DNA of 64,000 nucleotides from the human T2T-CHM13v2.0 reference genome, Homo sapiens, in NCBI RefSeq assembly GCF_009914755.1, contig NC_060948.1; one strand, given 5' to 3'. Below the pieces are notes generated by a model. That model searched no databases, had not been told where the DNA came from, and saw only the letters and a program-made list of their open reading frames with translations. Shown piece by piece: positions 52,411 to 64,000 of this stretch; the stretch's first letter is position 1, and the number at the start of each line of letters is the position of its first letter. Made by a program: the position numbers and the translations under genes.

Positions 52411-54515
52411 AGATCCATATTTTTTAAATGAAAAAAAATTTCAAAGGTACTCTGCTTGGTACAATAATCAAATGTATAAACTGAGGAATAAAACATAACC
52501 ATGAAACCTACTTATAACTGCATATGGAAAATACAGAGGATAATTTTTTAAATAACATATTTTGAAAGCCTTAACTAGTAATTTGAAGAGTTGGCATTTG
52601 AAAGGCCAGTATGAATATACCTTCAAAGCAGCAACACAGGTTCCCCATGAGAAAAAGCAAACACAGGGAAAATAAAAACACAAAGGTTCAATCTCTTCTG
52701 ACCTTTGAAAGACACAGCACAGACAGTGGTCCTTAGGACGAAGAGCAGGAGACCCCTAATTCCGTCACCATGGCGATAGGGCATAAACATTGCTGGGTGA
52801 GGGCACAATCCACATTGTGAGGTCCAACTGCTGCCAGGAAGACAGGAGTGCTTTTACATAGACCGAAAGGTCATTGAAGGCTCAGAGTTTTGTTTCAAGA
52901 ACTGAATCCCAAGCCCACACGTTATTAGGCTGCGCTTCTTAAAACAAGTTATGAGATGGGAAAAAGGGCACCCACAAACATACGTATACATTATGTATAT
53001 AATAATATACAGTATCATATATATAATATATATAACCTATGTATAATATTGTTTTACATCCTGCATCTTATGTTATATATATTGTATAAAATATAATAAT
53101 TGATAATATATAAGTTTTATAATTATACAATATGACATAGAGTATATATTATAATTTATGACATATATAATATATGTTATATATCATATATAGAATATAT
53201 TATACGGTTAATATACGTATTAAATATAAATTATACATTATATATATTATATATAATATATCTGTTATATATAATACCCATTATGCATAATATATATATT
53301 ATGTCTATGTTATATATAGTATAAAACAACATATAATAATATATAATTGTATATATAAAATGCGACATATAATATATATTATATTTTATAACATATGTAA
53401 TATATATTATATATTATATATAATACGTTGTATGTATAATACCTATATTAAATATATATTATATGACTATGTTATTAATTACATGTCACATGTGTTATAT
53501 ATTATATATTTTACATAGAATATACCGGTTACATACAATATATACTATGTTACCTATAATGTATAATTTATTACATGTAAAATAAAGAATGCAATATATT
53601 ATGTATAATTTATAATATACAATATGTGGAATGTGATATATGTAACATATAATATATGATATATGATATACAGTATATGATATATAACATACAATATATG
53701 ATTCCTAATATATATGGTATACAATATATATTTTATGATATGTATTCTATATGTTTTATATTCTGTTATATATAACTATTTGAAATTATATATAACTGTA
53801 TAATATTTTATGTAAATATGTAATATAATATATATAACTATATAATATATTATATATAACTATATATTATGTTATATATACTTTTATAACATAATTTACA
53901 TAAAATATCATAATATAATATATATTATATTATTTCATATTACATAATATATATTACATATCACCCAATATAACTAACATACATAATATTATAATATAGA
54001 TTATATTGTGTTATATTAAATATCATATATATCATGTATCATATATTCTATAATATATATTACACATTATATAATATGTATGTTGTCTATTATGTGATAT
54101 ATATAACTATATATATAATTATATTTTTATACATATAACTGGATAAACATGTAATTCTACATATTTTCATTTATAATATGTAGAATTATATAATCATATA
54201 TAATTTTTTATATTCTATAAAAAATTTTATCATTTTATAAATTATAATATATAAAAATTATAATATGTACTACAAATATATCTATTATATATCATATATG
54301 ATATAGTACCTTTGTTATATATCATAATACATATAAATGTGTATTATGTTATCTATAATTATATAATTTCATATATAAGATGTATAATATGTATCATATA
54401 TTATATATGTTATGTAATATATATAGTATATATAAGATGACACAGGATAAATATTATATACTATGACATATAAAATATATGAGGTTATATGTTACATATA
54501 AGGCATAGCACATAA

Positions 54516-54830
<315 letters not shown>

Positions 54831-56928
54831 AGATCCATATTTTTTAAATGAAAAAAAATTTCAAAGGTACTCTGCTTGGTACAATAATCAAATGTATAAA
54901 CTGAGGAATAAAACATAACCATGAAACCTACTTATAACTGCATATGGAAAATACAGAGGATAATTTTTTAAATAACATATTTTGAAAGCCTTAACTAGTA
55001 ATTTGAAGAGTTGGCATTTGAAAGGCCAGTATGAATATACCTTCAAAGCAGCAACACAGGTTCCCCATGAGAAAAAGCAAACACAGGGAAAATAAAAACA
55101 CAAAGGTTCAATCTCTTCTGACCTTTGAAAGACACAGCACAGACAGTGGTCCTTAGGACGAAGAGCAGGAGACCCCTAATTCCGTCACCATGGCGATAGG
55201 GCATAAACATTGCTGGGTGAGGGCACAATCCACATTGTGAGGTCCAACTGCTGCCAGGAAGACAGGAGTGCTTTTACATAGACCGAAAGGTCATTGAAGG
55301 CTCAGAGTTTTGTTTCAAGAACTGAATCCCAAGCCCACACGTTATTAGGCTGCGCTTCTTAAAACAAGTTATGAGATGGGAAAAAGGGCACCCACAAACA
55401 TACGTATACATTATGTATATAATAATATACAGTATCATATATATAATATATATAACCTATGTATAATATTGTTTTACATCCTGCATCTTATGTTATATAT
55501 ATTGTATAAAATATAATAATTGATAATATATAAGTTTTATAATTATACAATATGACATAGAGTATATATTATAATTTATGACATATATAATATATGTTAT
55601 ATATCATATATAGAATATATTATACGGTTAATATACGTATTAAATATAAATTATACATTATATATATTATATATAATATATCTGTTATATATAATACCCA
55701 TTATGCATAATATATATATTATGTCTATGTTATATATAGTATAAAACAACATATATTAATATATAATTGTATATATAAAATGCGACATATAATATATATT
55801 ATATTTTATAACATATGTAATATATATTATATATAATACGTTGTATGTATAATACCTATATTAAATATATATTATATGACTATGTTATTAATTACATGTC
55901 ACATGTGTTATATATTATATATTTTACATAGAATATACCGGTTACATACAATATATACTATGTTACCTATAATGTATAATTTATTACATGTAAAATAAAG
56001 AATGCAATATATTATGTATAATTTATAATATACAATATGTGGAATGTGATATATGTAACATATAATATATGATATATGATATACAGTATATGATATATAA
56101 CATACAATATATGATTCCTAATATATATGGTATACAATATATATTTTATGATATGTATTCTATATGTTTTATACTCTGTTATATATAACTATTTGAAATT
56201 ATATATAACTGTATAATATTTTATGTAAATATGTAATATAATATATATAACTATATAATATATTATATATAACTATATATTATGTTATATATACTTTTAT
56301 AACATAATTTACATAAAATATCATAATATAATATATATTATATTATTTCATATTACATAATATATATTACATATCACCCAATATAACTAACATACATAAT
56401 ATTATAATATAGATTATATTATGTTATATTAAATATCATATATATCATGTATCATATATTCTATAATATATATTACACATTATATAATATGTATGTTGTC
56501 TATTATGTGATATATATAACTATATATATAATTATATTTTTATACATATAACTAGATAAACATGTAATTTTACATATTTTCATTTATAATATGTAGAATT
56601 ATATAATCATATATAATTATTTATATTCTATAAAAAATTTTATCATTATATAAATTATAATATATAAAAATTATAATATGTACTACAAATATATATATTA
56701 TATATCATATATGATATAGTACCTTTGTTATATATCATAATACATATAAATGTGTATTATGTTATCTATAATTATATAATTTCATATATAGGATGTATAA
56801 TATGTATCATATATTACATATGTTATGTAATATATATAGTATATATAAGATGACACAGGATAAATATTATATACTATGACATATAAAATATATGAGGTTA
56901 TATGTTACATATAAGGCATAGCACATAA

Positions 56929-57243
<315 letters not shown>

Positions 57244-59343
57244 AGATCCATATTTTTTAAATGAAAAAAAATTTCAAAGGTACTCTGCTTGGTACAATAA
57301 TCAAATGTATAAACTGAGGAATAAAACATAACCATGAAACCTACTTATAACTGCATATGGAAAATACAGAGGATAATTTTTTAAATAACATATTTTGAAA
57401 GCCTTAACTAGTAATTTGAAGAGTTGGCATTTGAAAGGCCAGTATGAATATACCTTCAAAGCAGCAACACAGGTTCCCCATGAGAAAAAGCAAACACAGG
57501 GAAAATAAAAACACAAAGGTTCAATCTCTTCTGACCTTTGAAAGACACAGCACAGACAGTGGTCCTTAGGACGAAGAGCAGGAGACCCCTAATTCCGTCA
57601 CCATGGCGATAGGGCATAAACATTGCTGGGTGAGGGCACAATCCACATTGTGAGGTCCAACTGCTGCCAGGAAGACAGGAGTGCTTTTACATAGACCGAA
57701 AGGTCATTGAAGGCTCAGAGTTTTGTTTCAAGAACTGAATCCCAAGCCCACACGTTATTAGGCTGCGCTTCTTAAAACAAGTTATGAGATGGGAAAAAGG
57801 GCACCCACAAACATACGTATACATTATGTATATAATAATATACAGTATCATATATATAATATATATAACCTATGTATAATATTGTTTTACATCCTGCATC
57901 TTATGTTATATATATTGTATAAAATATAATAATTGATAATATATAAGTTTTATAATTATACAATATGACATATAGTATATATTATAATTTATGACATATA
58001 TAATATATGTTATATATCATATATAGAATATATTATACGGTTAATATACGTATTAAATATAAATTATACATTATATATATTATATATAATATATCTGTTA
58101 TATATAATACCCATTATGCATAATACATATATTATGTCTATGTTATATATAGTATAAAACAACATATAATAATATATAATTGTATATATAAAATGCGACA
58201 TATAATATATATTATATTTTATAACATATGTAATATATATTATATATAATACGTTGTATGTATAATACCTATATTAAATATATATTATATGACTGTGTTA
58301 TTAATTACATGTCACATGTGTTATATATTATATATTTTACATAGAATATACCGGTTACATACAATATATACTATGTTACCTATAATGTATAATTTATTAC
58401 ATGTAAAATAAAGAATGCAATATATTATGTATAATTTATAATATACAATATGTGGAATGTGATATATGTAACATATAATATATGATATATGATATACAGT
58501 ATATGATATATAACATACAATATATGATTCCTAATATATATGGTATACAATATATATTTTATGATATGTATTCTATATGTTTTATATTCTGTTATGTATA
58601 ACTATTTGAAATTATATATAACTGTATAATATTTTATGTAAATATGTAATATAATATATATAACTATATAATATATTATATATAACTATATATTATGTTA
58701 TATATACTTTTATAACATAATTTACATAAAATATCATAATATAATATATATTATAATATTTCATATTACATAATATATATTACATATCACCCAATATAAC
58801 TAACATACATAATATTATAATATAGATTATATTATGTTATGTTAAATATCATATATATCATGTATCATATATTCTATAATATATATTACACATTATATAA
58901 TATGTATGTTGTCAATTATGTGATATATATAACTATATATATAATTATATTTTTATACATATAACTAGATAAACATGTAATTCTACATATTTTCATTTAT
59001 AATATGTAGAATTATATAATCATATATAATTATTAATATTCTATAAAAAATTTTATCATTATATAAATTATAATGTATAAAAATTATAATATGTACTACA
59101 AATATATATATATTATATATCATATATGATATAGTACCTTTGTTATATATCATAATACATATAAATGTGTATTATGTTATCTATAATTATATAATTTCAT
59201 ATATAAGATGTATAATATGTATCATATATTATATATGTTATGTAATATATATAGTATATATAAGATGACACAGGATAAATATTATATACTATGACATATA
59301 AAATATATGAGGTTATATGTTACATATAAGGCATAGCACATAA

Positions 59344-59658
<315 letters not shown>

Positions 59659-61758
59659 AGATCCATATTTTTTAAATGAAAAAAAATTTCAAAGGTACTC
59701 TGCTTGGTACAATAATCAAATGTATAAACTGAGGAATAAAACATAACCATGAAACCTACTTATAACTGCATATGGAAAATACAGAGGATAATTTTTTAAA
59801 TAACATATTTTGAAAGCCTTAACTAGTAATTTGAAGAGTTGGCATTTGAAAGGCCAGTATGAATATACCTTCAAAGCAGCAACACAGGTTCCCCATGAGA
59901 AAAAGCAAACACAGGGAAAATAAAAACACAAAGGTTCAATCTCTTCTGACCTTTGAAAGACACAGCACAGACAGTGGTCCTTAGGACGAAGAGCAGGAGA
60001 CCCCTAATTCCGTCACCATGGCGATAGGGCATAAACATTGCTGGGTGAGGGCACAATCCACATTGTGAGGTACAACTGCTGCCAGGAAGACAGGAGTGCT
60101 TTTACATAGACCGAAAGGTCATTGAAGGCTCAGAGTTTTGTTTCAAGAACTGAATCCCAAGCCCACACGTTATTAGGCTGCGCTTCTTAAAACAAGTTAT
60201 GAGATGGGAAAAAGGGCACCCACAAACATACGTATACATTATGTATATAATAATATACAGTATCATATATATAATATATATAACCTATGTATAATATTGT
60301 TTTACATCCTGCATCCTATGTTATATATATTGTATAAAATATAATAATTGATAATATATAAGTTTTATAATTATACAATATGACATATAGTATATATTAT
60401 AATTTATGACATATATAATATATGTTATATATCATATATAGAATATATTATACGTTTAATATACGTATTAAATATAAATTATACATTATATATATTATAT
60501 ATAATATATATGTTATATATAATACCCATTATGCATAATATATATATTATGTCTATGTTATATATAGTATAAAACAACATATAATAATATATAATTGTAT
60601 ATATAAAATGCGACATATAATATATATTATATTTTATAACATATGTAATATATATTATATATAATACGTTGTATGTATAATACCTATATTAAATATATAT
60701 TATATGACTGTGTTATTAATTCCATGTCACATGTGTTATATATTATATATTTTACATAGAATATACCGGTTACATACAATATATACTATGTTACCTATAA
60801 TGTATAATTTATTACATGTAAAATAAAGAATGCAATATATTATGTATAATTTATAATATACAATATGTGGAATGTGATATATGTAACATATAATATATGA
60901 TATATGATATACAGTATATGATATATAACATACAATATATGATTCCTAATATATATGGTATACAATATATATTTTATGATATGTATTCTATATGTTTTAT
61001 ATTCTGTTATGTATAACTATTTGAAATTATATATAACTGTATAATATTTTATGTAAATATGTAATATAATATATATAACTATATAATATATTATATATAA
61101 CTATATATTATGTTATATATACTTTTATAACATAATTTACATAAAATATCATAATATAATATATAGTATAATATTTCATATTACATAATATATATTACAT
61201 ATCACCCAATATAACTAACATACATAATATTATAATATAGATTATATTATGTTATATTAAATATCATATATATCATGTATCATATATTCTATAATATATA
61301 TTACACATTATATAATATGTATGTTGTCTATTATGTGATATATATAACTATATATATAATTATATTTTTATACATATAACTGGATAAACATGTAATTCTA
61401 CATATTTTCATTTATAATATGTAGAATTATATAATCATATATAATTATTTATATTCTATAAAAAATTTTATCATTATATAAATTATAATATATAAAAATT
61501 ATAATATGTACTACAAATATATATATATTATATATCATATATGATATAGTACCTTTGTTATATGTCATAATACATATAAATGTGTATTATGTTATCTATA
61601 ATTATATAATTTCATATATAAGATGTATAATATGTATCATATATTATATATGTTATGTAATATATATAGTATATATAAGATGACACAGGATAAATATTAT
61701 ATACTATGACATATAAAATATATGAGGTTATATGTTACATATAAGGCATAGCACATAA

Positions 61759-62073
<315 letters not shown>

Positions 62074-64000
62074 AGATCCATATTTTTTAAATGAAAAAAA
62101 ATTTCAAAGGTACTCTGCTTGGTACAATAATCAAATGTATAAACTGAGGAATAAAACATAACCATGAAACCTACATATAACTGCATATGGAAAATACAGA
62201 GGATAATTTTTTAAATAACATATTTTGAAAGCCTTAACTAGTAATTTGAAGAGTTGGCATTTGAAAGGCCAGTATGAATATACCTTCAAAGCAGCAACAC
62301 AGGTTCCCCATGAGAAAAAGCAAACACAGGGAAAATAAAAACACAAAGGTTCAATCTCTTCTGACCTTTGAAAGACACAGCACAGACAGTGGTCCTTAGG
62401 ACGAAGAGCAGGAGACCCCTAATTCCGTCACCATGGCGATAGGGCATAAACATTGCTGGGTGAGGGCACAATCCACATTGTGAGGTCCAACTGCTGCCAG
62501 GAAGACAGGAGTGCTTTTACATAGACCGAAAGGTCATTGAAGGCTCAGAGTTTTGTTTCAAGAACTGAATCCCAAGCCCACACGTTATTAGGCTGCGCTT
62601 CTTAAAACAAGTTATGAGATGGGAAAAAGGGCACCCACAAACATACGTATACATTATGTATATAATAATATACAGTATCATATATATAATATATATAACC
62701 TATGTATAATATTGTTTTACATCCTGCATCCTATGTTATATATATTGTATAAAATATAATAATTGATAATATATAAGTTTTATAATTATACAATATGACA
62801 TATAGTATATATTATAATTTATGACATATATAATATATGTTATATATCATATATAGAATATATTATACGGTTAATATACGTATTAAATATAAATTATACA
62901 TTATATATATTATATATAATATATCTGTTATATATAATACCCATTATGCATAATATATATATTATGTCTATGTTATATATAGTATAAAACAACATATAAT
63001 AATATATAATTGTATATATAAAATGCGACATATAATATATATTATATTTTATAACATATGTAATATATATTATATATAATACGTTGTATGTATAATACCT
63101 ATATTAAATATATATTATATGACTGTGTTATTAATTACATGTCACATGTGTTATGTATTATATATTTTACATAGAATATACCGGTTACATACAATATATA
63201 CTATGTTACCTATAATGTATAATTTATTACATGTAAAATAAAGAATGCAATATATTATGTATAATTTATAATATACAATATGTGGAATGTGATATATGTA
63301 ACATATAATATATGATATATGATATACAGTATATGATATATAACATACAATATATGATTCCTAATATATATGGTATACAATATATATTTTATGATATGTA
63401 TTCTATATGTTTTATATTCTGTTATGTATAACTATTTGAAATTATATATAACTGTATAATATTTTATGTAAATATGTAATATAATATATATAACTATATA
63501 ATATATTATATATAACTATATATTATGTTATATATACTTTTATAACATAATTTACATAAAATATCATAATATAATATATAGTATAATATTTCATATTACA
63601 TAATATATATTACATATCACCCAATATAACTAACATACATAATATTATAATATAGATTATATTATGTTATATTAAATATCATATATATCATGTATCATAT
63701 ATTCTATAATATATATTACACATTATATAATATGTATGTTGTCTATTATGTGATATATATAACTATATATATAATTATATTTTTATACATATAACTGGAT
63801 AAACATGTAATTCTACATATTTTCATTTATAATATGTAGAATTATATAATCATATATAATTATTTATATTCTATAAAAAATTTTATCATTATATAAATTA
63901 TAATATATAAAAATTATAATATGTACTACAAATATATATATATTATATATCATATATGATATAGTACCTTTGTTATATATCATAATACATATAAATGTGT

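Overview
The whole 64 kb is one uninterrupted head-to-tail tandem array of a ~2.42-kb unit (about 26.5 copies; measured spacings 2403-2420 bp; copies roughly 99% identical by eye). Each unit has three parts: ~1.56 kb of degenerate (TA)n-like, very AT-rich sequence; a ~290-bp diverged minus-strand Alu lacking only its extreme 5' end; and a ~570-bp non-repetitive segment. This matches the known human satellite DYZ2/HSat1B (AT-rich + Alu + HSATI), most likely from Yq12 heterochromatin. The GGCC (HaeIII) sites I can read predict a 2146-bp main fragment, consistent with the classical ~2.1-kb male-specific HaeIII band. I see no credible protein-coding or RNA gene: the repeated 71-aa and 61-aa ORFs are by-products of the repeat. 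There is no DYZ1 (GGAAT)n block and no inversion. I found no new biological system. The informative signal is the array's internal history: variant blocks, skip-one-unit duplications, conversion-like patches, one unit lacking the 16-bp Alu duplication, and clustered mutations. Units are numbered from the window start (unit 1 = 1-2420).
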